Assembly: GCA_964567575.1 (NCBI GenBank)
Contig: CAZMMZ010000005.1
Span: 1,953 to 27,072 of the forward strand
Length of the DNA: 25,120 nucleotides
Source of the DNA: Candidatus Undinarchaeota archaeon
GTDB lineage: Archaea > Undinarchaeota > Undinarchaeia > Undinarchaeales > UBA543
Direction: 5' to 3'
The notes under the pieces are model-generated. The model searched no databases. It saw only the letters and a list, made by a program, of their open reading frames with translations, and had not been told where the DNA came from. Shown one piece after another: positions 16,379 through 24,429 of this stretch (positions are counted from its first letter, which is position 1; each line of letters begins with the position of its first letter). The position numbers and the translations under genes are program-made.

Positions 16379-17677
16379 TTAACCTCTAAATATTCGGGAA
16401 TGCATGAATGCCATGAACATTCCAAGTCTTGATGCAGATCCTGATGGGATGTTATCATCGTCATCATAATCTCCGCCTTTAGACTTTTTCTTGAAGAAGC
16501 CACGTTTTTGCTTTTGTTTTTCTTCTGCCTTTTTCCGCTTGGCTTCCTTCTTTATCGCATTTATAGTAGTATTTAAGTTTTTGTTTGTGTTAGGAATTCC
16601 ACACGTATTACCTACACCAATCACAATTAGGTTTGAACCTTTTGGCATTTCTTCTACACGCATTCTGAGCATGTCTTTTGCTTTGTCAATACCTTTCAAT
16701 ACACTAAGAGTCATTGGCTTTATTGCTTGGAATCCGCTCATTTTTATTGCAATTGCTTCAATAGGGATACTAAGTTTTACTGCAACATTCTCAATTTGTG
16801 ACTTTTGAACTCCTGGTCCACCCATTGCAACACCAACACCTTCTGCAACTGAACCGGTTTTCTCACCTTCTAGTTTCTGTGCAGCATCAATTGTGAATAT
16901 TCTTGTGATCTTTTTGCCTTTGCAAGCGTTCTCTATGGCTTGTCCAAGTTTACCAAGGCGTCCGCCTGGTCCTTTTGCTTTAATGAATGTGATGTTTCTA
17001 TCCCATTTCTTTTCTGTAATAGCAACTACATCAGGAGCAATTTCTTTACCTTCTTTATCAAGCATGCTTGCGATTGTCAATGGTCCTGCGGCATCTCCAA
17101 TTGGAAGTCCGCTGAGGAATGTTTCCATGCCATCATATTCTGCTTCTGCCATTTTCTCAATTATTGGCAATTGCATTTGAATTATCATAGCAATTTGCAG
17201 ATTTTTGAATTTCTTTGCAGTTTCTACAAAGTGTCTTACAATTTTTGAAAGAGTGTGAAGCATTGTAGCAGCTTGCAAACCCATATCAACATTCATGTGC
17301 TCTTCGCTGTTTGCTTTTGGTGCAATTTGTTTTGCAACTGTTTTGAATCGTTCCTCACTTGTATCTATTACCTGCTCGAGTTTCTTTACAATTCCAAAGG
17401 GGTCAATACTTACTGGTGGAATCATGAAGAAATCAATGAATCTGTTAAGTATATCTTTAGAAGCATTCTTGCTTGTTGCTAATTTTCCAGTTTGTTTCAA
17501 AAGTTTTTTCTGAGCTTTTGCAGAAAGTGCTTCAAGCTTTTTTGCAGATAATTCTAGCTTTGAAAATATCTGGTAGAAATAAAGCTTTGGTAAGACAAAC
17601 ATGAAAAGGAATAACATGATGCCCCAGTTGATCATTGTTTGGAATGTAGTTGTGCTTCCGCCTGCTAATATTGACAT
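16379..17677 (-). CDS. DUF1512-family membrane-anchored protein
   Basis: N-terminal TM, FFMIPPVSIDPFG, PIGDAAGPL, KAKGPGG and IDAAQKLEGEKTGSVAEGVGVAMGGPG motifs, recognised as DUF1512-like. Confidence 0.8.
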   Translation of the reverse strand: MSILAGGSTTTFQTMINWGIMLFLFMFVLPKLYFYQIFSKLELSAKKLEALSAKAQKKLLKQTGKLATSKNASKDILNRFIDFFMIPPVSIDPFGIVKKLEQVIDTSEERFKTVAKQIAPKANSEEHMNVDMGLQAATMLHTLSKIVRHFVETAKKFKNLQIAMIIQMQLPIIEKMAEAEYDGMETFLSGLPIGDAAGPLTIASMLDKEGKEIAPDVVAITEKKWDRNITFIKAKGPGGRLGKLGQAIENACKGKKITRIFTIDAAQKLEGEKTGSVAEGVGVAMGGPGVQKSQIENVAVKLSIPIEAIAIKMSGFQAIKPMTLSVLKGIDKAKDMLRMRVEEMPKGSNLIVIGVGNTCGIPNTNKNLNTTINAIKKEAKRKKAEEKQKQKRGFFKKKSKGGDYDDDDNIPSGSASRLGMFMAFMHSRIFRG

Positions 17678-18369
17678 TTTATTTTTTTACCTCTAATTGA
17701 TTTTTTAATATATCTGAGAACTCCTATTAATGTATTTGCTTCCCGTCCAGTTACTACAGCTCTCCCAAGAATCTTCTTGAACATTGTGTTAAATACTTTG
17801 TGCTTTTCTGCCGGATAACCACTTTTCTTCATAATCTCTTTCATGTTTTGATTAATCAAAGAATTTTCTTTTGCACCTGCTAATCGACTATCACTTGTTT
17901 GTTTCAAATCTGATAATTCATACAATGTTACTGCAACAGCATGTGATAAATTCATACTTCGATACTTTGCAGAAGTTGGAATTGTTGTAATAATATCACA
18001 CTGTTCAAGAAAATCATTTGAAAGTCCATCAGGTTCTGGACCAAACACAATTGCGATTTTTCCTTTCTTATTTTTAATTTTTCCTTTCAAATCGCTAAGC
18101 TGCGTGGTCATACGCAGGAAGTAATCATCCTTGCTTGTTTCAATGCAAGTGGTTCCTATAACATAATCATACTTTTTGAAATTAAATTTCTTGGAATGCT
18201 TTGCATTTTGCAAAACATCTTTCGCATGAACAGCCATCATACTTGCTTCATCTGTAATTTCATGCGGATTAATCATCTCAAGTTTTGTAAAACCAAAATT
18301 CTTCATAGCTCTGCACACAGAGCCAATATTTCCTGAATAATGTGGTTCTATCAAAACTATTGTAATCAT
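17665..18369 (-). CDS. trmJ: SPOUT RNA methyltransferase, TrmJ/TrmH group
   Basis: EPHYSGNIGSVCRAMKNFG, IVFGPEPDGL and SMNLSHAVAVTLYE motifs. Confidence 0.88.
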   Translation of the reverse strand: MITIVLIEPHYSGNIGSVCRAMKNFGFTKLEMINPHEITDEASMMAVHAKDVLQNAKHSKKFNFKKYDYVIGTTCIETSKDDYFLRMTTQLSDLKGKIKNKKGKIAIVFGPEPDGLSNDFLEQCDIITTIPTSAKYRSMNLSHAVAVTLYELSDLKQTSDSRLAGAKENSLINQNMKEIMKKSGYPAEKHKVFNTMFKKILGRAVVTGREANTLIGVLRYIKKSIRGKKIKCQY

Positions 18370-19169
18370 TTTTTAGTTCCTAAAATATAATCTCGAATCT
18401 TCGCGTTTCCACAAACCAACAAATTCTTTGCAACAAGTTCATTTCCTTTGTAAATTGTTTCATTGCCTTTGAAATCTGTTATGACGCCGCCTGCTTCTTT
18501 TACAATAAAATTTCCTGCAACAACATCAAGGTATCTTTTTGAGCCTGCGTAAATAAGCGATTCAAAAGATCCACTTGCAATTTTACAATAATCTATTGCA
18601 ACTGCTCCTGCTAATCTTGAATGGCGAGCTGTGTGGAAGATGTCTGTTATTTTTTTAATGCTATCAAAATCTGCTTTGTATGAACATTCAAGTAAAACAT
18701 TTTCTGGGGTTTCTTTTTTGCTGGTGTAAACTCGCTCACTGTTTTTGTAAGCGCCTTGTCCTAGCATTGCATAGTATTCTGATTTGCTCACAAAGTTTTT
18801 TGTGTAACCAACAATGTCAACATTTTTCTTTGCATCAAGAACTGCAATTGAAGTTCCGAAATACCCAATCCCCATTTTGAAATTAAAAGAGCCATCAAGC
18901 GGGTCTACAAAAACAAGGTAATCAGCATCTCCGTTTCCAATATCTACAATTCCTGCTTCTTCTGTTGTGAGTTTAATATTCTCATTTGTATTTTCTAATT
19001 CTTTAATTATAATATCTTCAGCAACTTTATCAACAACCATTGTCATATCGCCGCCATAACCTCGTCCAACTTCTTCAGTTCCAGTTTGCTTTTTGTAAAA
19101 TTTCATAACTTCGTTTGTTGTTTTGGTTCCTATTGTTTTACAAACTTCAAGCCATTCGTCTTTCTTCAT
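18366..19169 (-). CDS. Inositol monophosphatase family (archaeal IMPase/FBPase class IV-like)
   Basis: VDKVAE, TEE, DPLDGSFNF, RLAGA and YLDVVAG motifs. ATGA overlap with trmJ. Confidence 0.88.
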   Translation of the reverse strand: MKKDEWLEVCKTIGTKTTNEVMKFYKKQTGTEEVGRGYGGDMTMVVDKVAEDIIIKELENTNENIKLTTEEAGIVDIGNGDADYLVFVDPLDGSFNFKMGIGYFGTSIAVLDAKKNVDIVGYTKNFVSKSEYYAMLGQGAYKNSERVYTSKKETPENVLLECSYKADFDSIKKITDIFHTARHSRLAGAVAIDYCKIASGSFESLIYAGSKRYLDVVAGNFIVKEAGGVITDFKGNETIYKGNELVAKNLLVCGNAKIRDYILGTKK

Positions 19170-19300
19170 CTCCGTTACTCTTTCATTTTATCCTTTTTAT
19201 GCCTTATCCTATGATGGCGCTCCGGAGTGTAGCGCATACGACATGAAGTCCCATTCGCTTCGCGAAGGGACTTAAGTCCTTTAATTGAAATTGTAATAAT
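19170..19300 (-). repeat. Structured intergenic element, copy 2 of a dispersed family
   Basis: Fills the pfkB-IMPase gap. Minus strand reads CAATTTCAATTAAA-GGACTTAAGTCCC-TTCGCGAAGCGAAT-GGGACTTCA-T-GTCG-TA-TGCGCT-ACACTCCGG-AGCGCC...AGAGTAACGGAG-ATG. Confidence 0.8.
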
Positions 19301-20224
19301 CTATTCAGAAATTCGTGCGCCATCACTCATACAAGCGCGTGCTGCAAATGAACTTCCTTGTTCTCCAGCTTCTTTCAAAGTTTTCCCAGCTGCATATGCA
19401 GAAAGGAAACCAGCTGCGTAGGCATCGCCTGCGCCATTTGTGTTTACAAGTTTTTCCAATTGCACAACCGGAATCTTGTGGATTTCATCACCGCATCGTA
19501 TCATTGATCCATTTGCTCCGAGTTTTACAATTGCGATTTTTGCAATTCGTGCAAGTTCTTCTAAAGCATCTTCTGGTTCGCTGAATCCTGTGTATTCTTT
19601 TGCTTCTTCCTCATTTGCAAATAAAATATCAATTCCATTAATTGTTTGTTGAATATTTTCTTTGAAGTTTTTCACAACTCCTGGATCTGCAAGATCAAAA
19701 CTGATTTCAAGATTTTTTGATTTAGCGAGCTCGATTGCGGTTTTTGTTAATTCATTTGCACCGCTTAGCTCGTATGCAGTTGTGTGAAAAATTTGAGAAT
19801 TTTCAAATTGAGTTTCATTTATTTCAAATTCTTGTGAAACTCCGAAGTCCAGAACAAAAGTTCGTTCTCCATCTTCAGTTATGAATGTGTGGCAGACTCC
19901 GCTTTGCCCTTCTTTGTCTGTAATGTATGATTCAACTTCTCGTTGTTTAATATCACTATGATAAAGCTGGCCGATGCTATCGTTTCCAACTGTTCCAATA
20001 AGTCCGGTTTGTGCTCCGAGCATTTTCGCACCGACTACAACATTTGCTGCTGACCCGCCAGGGATTTTCAAACCAGTTTCAATTTCTTTTGCAAGCTTTG
20101 CTGATTGCTCTGGTGTTGCAATATGAAAGAGTCCTTTTGTAAAGCCAAGGGTTTGTATATGCTCATCGCTAGTATTTTGTATAATATCTGTTACGAGATT
20201 TGAAAGTGCTACTATTTTCTTCAT
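19301..20224 (-). CDS. PfkB-family carbohydrate/nucleoside kinase (adenosine-kinase-like)
   Basis: PGGSAANV, GTVGNDSIG, DGERTF, FANEEEA, KLGANGS and NTNGAGDAYAAGF signature. ATG at 20224 preferred. Confidence 0.9.
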   Translation of the reverse strand: MKKIVALSNLVTDIIQNTSDEHIQTLGFTKGLFHIATPEQSAKLAKEIETGLKIPGGSAANVVVGAKMLGAQTGLIGTVGNDSIGQLYHSDIKQREVESYITDKEGQSGVCHTFITEDGERTFVLDFGVSQEFEINETQFENSQIFHTTAYELSGANELTKTAIELAKSKNLEISFDLADPGVVKNFKENIQQTINGIDILFANEEEAKEYTGFSEPEDALEELARIAKIAIVKLGANGSMIRCGDEIHKIPVVQLEKLVNTNGAGDAYAAGFLSAYAAGKTLKEAGEQGSSFAARACMSDGARISE

Positions 20225-20272
20225 ATTGACATTTGTCACTCGTGATTGTTCTTGTTTATAAAAGTTGTGTTA

Positions 20273-20515
20273 TCAAACCCCTATGGTGTCTCTTGTTTTC
20301 CCTTTTACAACTATCAAAAATTTTTCACCATTTCCGCATTTTTCGCACGTATCAACAGCATATTTCCTAACACCTGCTGCTACTTTTTGCTTATAATTTT
20401 CCTTATCAGTATAATCAAATTGTCCTGCATATGCTCAACAGTTTCTGCATACAATTGTAGCAAACTTTGTTTTCTTCTCTTTCTTTTCGGTTTTGTTCTT
20501 CTTTTTTCTTGCCAT
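20273..20515 (-). pseudogene. Small basic Zn-ribbon protein gene with an in-frame TGA at codon 27 (absent from ORF track)
   Basis: MARKKKNKTEKKEKKTKFATIVCRNC*AYAGQFDYTDKENYKQKVAAGVRKYAVDTCEKCGNGEKFLIVVKGKTRDTIGV. Preceded by GAGGA and a GAAAGGTTTAAAAG promoter-like box. Confidence 0.65.
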
Positions 20516-20600
20516 AATATATCCTCTTTATCTTCGTTTTCTTTTAAACCTTTCTGAAAACCAGTATCTTTATAATATAACAACAATTCTATATCTTGAT

Positions 20601-21680
20601 ATGGGTGTAGAGGACGAGATTAAAGAACTTGAAGAAGAACTTGTAACAACCAAGTACAACAAGGCTACTCAGCACCATATTGGAAAAATCAAAGCAAAGC
20701 TCGCGCGTTTGAAAGAACAGCTTGTGAAATCAGCAAGTGTTGGTAAGGCGCAGGGTCTTGGTTATGGTCTACGAAAAACCGGCGATGCCACTGTAATTCT
20801 TGTTGGGTTTCCTTCAGTTGGCAAATCAACTCTTCTTAATCAATTAACAAATGCAGAATCTCCTGTTGGCGCATATGAATTCACAACTTTGAATGTTGTT
20901 CCAGGAATGATGAATTACAATCACGCAAAGTTTCAAGTCTTTGATGTTCCTGGGCTTGTGTCAGGCGCAGCTGGTGGGAAAGGCCGTGGGAAAGAAGTTC
21001 TTTCAGTTATCCGAAATGCAGATCTTGTTATTCTTCTTATTGATGCTACAAAACCAGAACAGCTTGCCAGAATGGAAAAGGAACTGCACGAAGCCAACTT
21101 CCGACTTGATCAAAAAGAACCTTCAGTTACAATCAAAAAGCGAATGTATGGTGGAATCACAATTGACAAATCAAGTTCTGTTAAAATTGACAAGCAATCA
21201 ATTAAAGATGTTCTCACAGAATTCGGTTATTTGAATGTTCATGTTTCAGCTCGCGGTAAGTTAAATTTTGATGATTTTCTAGATGCAGTTGTTGCAAATC
21301 GAAAGTATGTCCCTGCATTGCGAGTTCTGAATAAGATTGATGCAGTTAAAATCCTTCCAAAAATAAAATACGATATTGCAATTTCCGCAGATAATGGTCA
21401 AAATATTGATAAGCTTCGCAAAATGATTTTCAAAAAACTTGGTTTCATTAGAATCTTTATGAAAAAGCAAGGGAAGAAAGCAGATCTTGAAGAACCATTG
21501 ATAATCAAAGACGGTGCAACTGTTGAAGATGTGTGCAAGCAATTGCACAAATCATTTATCAAAAGATTCAGATATGCAGAACTTTGGGGGCCAAGTGCAA
21601 AATTCGATTCACAGAAAGTTCACTTGAAACATAAATTAAAAGATAATGATGTTTTGGGATTGATTTTGGAGAAAGAGTGA
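20601..21680 (+). CDS. DRG/OBG-family GTPase with TGS domain
   Basis: TKYNKATQHHIG, GFPSVGKS (G1), YEFTT (G2), DVPG (G3), NKID (G4) and a C-terminal TGS domain (RYAELWGPSAKF). ATG at 20601. Confidence 0.95.
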   Translation: MGVEDEIKELEEELVTTKYNKATQHHIGKIKAKLARLKEQLVKSASVGKAQGLGYGLRKTGDATVILVGFPSVGKSTLLNQLTNAESPVGAYEFTTLNVVPGMMNYNHAKFQVFDVPGLVSGAAGGKGRGKEVLSVIRNADLVILLIDATKPEQLARMEKELHEANFRLDQKEPSVTIKKRMYGGITIDKSSSVKIDKQSIKDVLTEFGYLNVHVSARGKLNFDDFLDAVVANRKYVPALRVLNKIDAVKILPKIKYDIAISADNGQNIDKLRKMIFKKLGFIRIFMKKQGKKADLEEPLIIKDGATVEDVCKQLHKSFIKRFRYAELWGPSAKFDSQKVHLKHKLKDNDVLGLILEKE

Positions 21681-21888
21681 ACGATTAGGGAATTTATTTG
21701 GATTTAAATTTGGGAATTAAAGAAATACTTATATAGTATATCCTTGAGTATATACTTCGGTGTGTGAAGATTTATTACTAATCTTTTATGCGCCATTCGG
21801 CGCGTCTCAAAGATAAAAATGTTCGTAGAGGAGAGGAGGAGTCTTGACCGTCTTCCACCACTTCCTCGACGGGCACCATAATTACCAT

Positions 21889-22075
21889 CAAGACGGTTAC
21901 CACCCACATAATCTTTTGAGACGCACCAGTATTTTAACAAATTTTAAATCAGGGCTTCGCGAAGCGAATGCCCTCTCGCCATCCTCTGTGGCGAGACAGA
22001 GCCAGCAAGACGGTTACCACCCACATACTCTTTGGGACGCCCTATATTTTCATAAAATTATAATCAGGGCTTCGC
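21889..22075 (+). repeat. Imperfect tandem duplication with ~117-nt period
   Basis: CAAGACGGTTACCACCCACATA is identical at 21889-21910 and 22006-22027, and AATCAGGGCTTCGC is identical at 21947-21960 and 22062-22075, with related sequence in between. Confidence 0.9.
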
Positions 22076-22120
22076 AGTCCGGCAGAGTTTTAAAGTATGG
22101 AGAAGAATAGGATGTTATAG

Positions 22121-22735
22121 ATGGCAATTTGGAGAACTTTAACAACAAGTGAAGAAAAGATATTAGAACATTTGTATTATTACGCATACTTGTTAATAAA
22201 TCCGCCTCGCAAGTATCCTGTAGATGTAACTCAAACGTATATGATAAACTCAGGCGAATTTAAGCGAGGGGTACAAGCCTGCCTATCTAATCTAAAAAGG
22301 AAAAACCTCATTGAAGAAGGGAGTGCAAATATTAGTGTGTCTGGAGAGGCTGGCAGATTTGTCAGAGATACAAAGCATAAATATAGAATTTTTTTAATAA
22401 CAAAAAAAGGAATAAACGCAGTTGAAAAGCTAAAAGAAAGAGGAAGAGATAATCTCTCAAGAAGAAGGTATAGAAATGAAATACTAGAAGAGCGTTTTCG
22501 TACAATTCTTATTTTTCTAAATGCACAAGACCACACACTTTCAAGAACAGAAATTGAAAATAGTCTTGACATAAAATCTAAATTCATGCCATACGCATTG
22601 TTAGAATTAGAAAATGAAAACCTAATTGAGAAAACGAAAGATTATACAAGGCCACAAAACATTCTTGTTTACAGAATAACATCTGAAGGTAAAAAAGAAG
22701 TGGAAGATTATCAAAAAGATCAAAACAAAGATTAG
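22121..22735 (+). CDS. Tandem winged-helix DNA-binding protein (two MarR/PadR-like wHTH domains)
   Basis: Two repeats of helix-L-x2/3-L-x3-NLIE...wing-(F/Y)xITxxG (LSNLKRKNLIEE...FLITKKG; LLELENENLIEK...YRITSEG). AT-rich codon usage. Confidence 0.65.
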   Translation: MAIWRTLTTSEEKILEHLYYYAYLLINPPRKYPVDVTQTYMINSGEFKRGVQACLSNLKRKNLIEEGSANISVSGEAGRFVRDTKHKYRIFLITKKGINAVEKLKERGRDNLSRRRYRNEILEERFRTILIFLNAQDHTLSRTEIENSLDIKSKFMPYALLELENENLIEKTKDYTRPQNILVYRITSEGKKEVEDYQKDQNKD

Positions 22736-22747
22736 AATTTTGAAACT

Positions 22748-23296
22748 TTATTCCAATTCCGACAGCACAATTTCTTCAAATGCAACTTTCTTTGCAGAAA
22801 TAATTTTCCCAGGAACTTTAATCTTAGAAAGCGAGCTATGAACCAATAGTGCGCGGCCTTCTGGTTCTAAATGATTTTTGTATTGATCTAAGAATATATT
22901 TATTTTATCAGCTCCTGCGTAGCTCAAATCCAAAAGAGTTTTTTCTTTTGGAGCACTTCCTTCTGGCAAATACGGTGAATTAAAAATTATTAAATCAAAT
23001 TTCTTTCCTTTAATTGGTTCAAACAAATTTCCTTGCAGAAATTCAATTGCAACTCCAGTGTTCTCTGCGTTTCTCTTTGCGCATTTAATTGCTTCTGGAT
23101 TAATATCAGTTGCAATAACATTTGCTCCTTGCTTTGCGCAAATAATTGCTTGCAAACCAGAACCAGTTCCGATATCAAGAACTTTCATTCCTTCATTTAC
23201 TTTCAAATTATCAGCAAGCAAATACGAATCTTCCCTTGGTTCATAAACTTGCTCAAAAATTTCTAATTCAATGTCATTGTAAAAAATTTTGTTCAT
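22748..23296 (-). CDS. HemK-related N5-glutamine methyltransferase (archaeal aRF1 methylase type)
   Basis: VYEPREDSYLL, LDIGTGSG, ATDINP, GNLF and IIFNSPYLP (NPPY variant). Confidence 0.88.
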   Translation of the reverse strand: MNKIFYNDIELEIFEQVYEPREDSYLLADNLKVNEGMKVLDIGTGSGLQAIICAKQGANVIATDINPEAIKCAKRNAENTGVAIEFLQGNLFEPIKGKKFDLIIFNSPYLPEGSAPKEKTLLDLSYAGADKINIFLDQYKNHLEPEGRALLVHSSLSKIKVPGKIISAKKVAFEEIVLSELE

Positions 23297-24320
23297 TCGT
23301 TAATCTCAAGATCATCAGCTGTCATAAGTGTGAGGAAACCTTGAAGCTCTTCCTTCCACTTCTTGATAGCGGTTTTAGCAAATCCTGTAGAGCTTATAGC
23401 AATTGCTGGAGTTTTTCTTGACACAGCATCCATGCCCAGACTGTAGATATCCTTTGAACCCACTTTCTTTTTCCCGCGGTCATAAACTCTGATAATATAA
23501 TGCTGAGTTCCAAGAACTGTTGGGACCTGCGCGTCCAATTCGTATTCACTTCCCTTCTTCACAGTTTTCTGATCTTTAATATCAATATTCTGCTTTTCAA
23601 GAGCATGGAATACATTATCTAAAAAGCTTCCTTTAATTTCTGCTAGAACTTCACGCCTTATTTCTTCTTTGATGTCTTCTTCGGTTTTCTTTTTCTCGTG
23701 GCTTTCTTTTTCTGGTTTTTTTGGCTCGAGCTTTTCCTGTTTTGTTTCTTTTTTGCTTTCCTTTGGCTTTTCGTGATTTGGGTTTTTTTTTTAACTTCAG
23801 GTTCTTTTTTGGAAGGGGGTTTAGGTTCAGGTTTCGGTGGCTCCTTCTTTGGCTCTTCTTTTACAACCTCTGCTGCTGGTTTTATTTTCTTCAAAACATC
23901 TTCGCGTGCTTTCTCCTCTGGAATATTTGGAGAACTCCATCCTCGTACAATTCTATTATCATATTCAAAAGTAAATCCTTGAATCAAATCTTCAAGGCCT
24001 GAAAGAATGCTAATATCTTGTGGCGATATTGAAAGTTCGCACATTATTTTTTCATTCATAATGCGTTGAACCATTTCTTTGTCCTGCGGAGTTAGAATAG
24101 AATTAATTCTTTTTTGTAATTGTGAAACTTGTTCTGGGTAGTAATAGTATCTGTTGCCCGCTACTCTTCGTTTTGATCGTTTTATCTTCTGCTGACTAGC
24201 TGCATCTACCAGAATTGCTGCAACTATAATAGAATCAGAACCAACCCTACCTGCCACTTCAATCGGGGTGCAGGGTCCTGTTCTCTTCACATAGTCAAGA
24301 ATTTTTTCGTCTAGTCTCAC
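23293..24320 (-). pseudogene. Single ~342-aa gene (N-terminal wHTH-like domain, K/E/P-rich linker, C-terminal alpha/beta domain) split by a frameshift at an A10 run
   Basis: Track ORFs 23658-24320 and 23293-23562 join without a stop if one base is added, or a -1 shift occurs, at T10 23783-23792. The distal frame overlaps the HemK start (ATGA). Confidence 0.75.
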
Positions 24321-24429
24321 AATATTCCAGCTTAGTCCATTGAGCTTTTAAAGTTATCGCTATTTTTCTGACTTTTGTCCATAGCCCTAATTATTTAAAG
24401 TCAAAAATTGTATTTTTCAACTTACTAAT

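Noticed and set aside
19246-19272. HDV-like ribozyme (minus strand GTCCC...GCGAATGGGAC echoes the HDV P2/J4-2 end)
   Set aside because: Only about 14 nt lie between the P2-like strands, leaving no room for P1, P3, P1.1 or P4.
20435-20437. Genome-wide TGA reassignment (code 4 or 25)
   Set aside because: Several conserved genes end at TGA at their expected C-termini (primase, DUF362, IMPase, DRG, rhomboid), some in ATGA overlaps, so TGA is a normal stop here.
20246-20586. Track ORFs 20380-20586 (-) and 20246-20557 (+)
   Set aside because: These are shadows of the Zn-ribbon frame 20273-20515, which has the RBS, promoter and recognisable motifs.
21826-22020. RNase P RNA or SRP RNA (GAGGAGGAGTC and AGCAAGAC resemble RNase P conserved regions)
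   Set aside because: No GAGGAAAGUCC/P4 partner and no 3' ACAGAA..CGGCUUA region. The SRP helix-8 CAGG-GNRA-AGCA motif is also absent.
21889-22075. Mini CRISPR array
   Set aside because: Only two units, the intervening ~81 nt is too long and is itself similar between units, and there are no cas genes in the window.
21704-22110. Track ORFs 21704-21940 (-) and 21844-22110 (+)
   Set aside because: Non-ATG starts, atypical composition, and they simply traverse the repeat/hairpin island. No protein motif is recognised.
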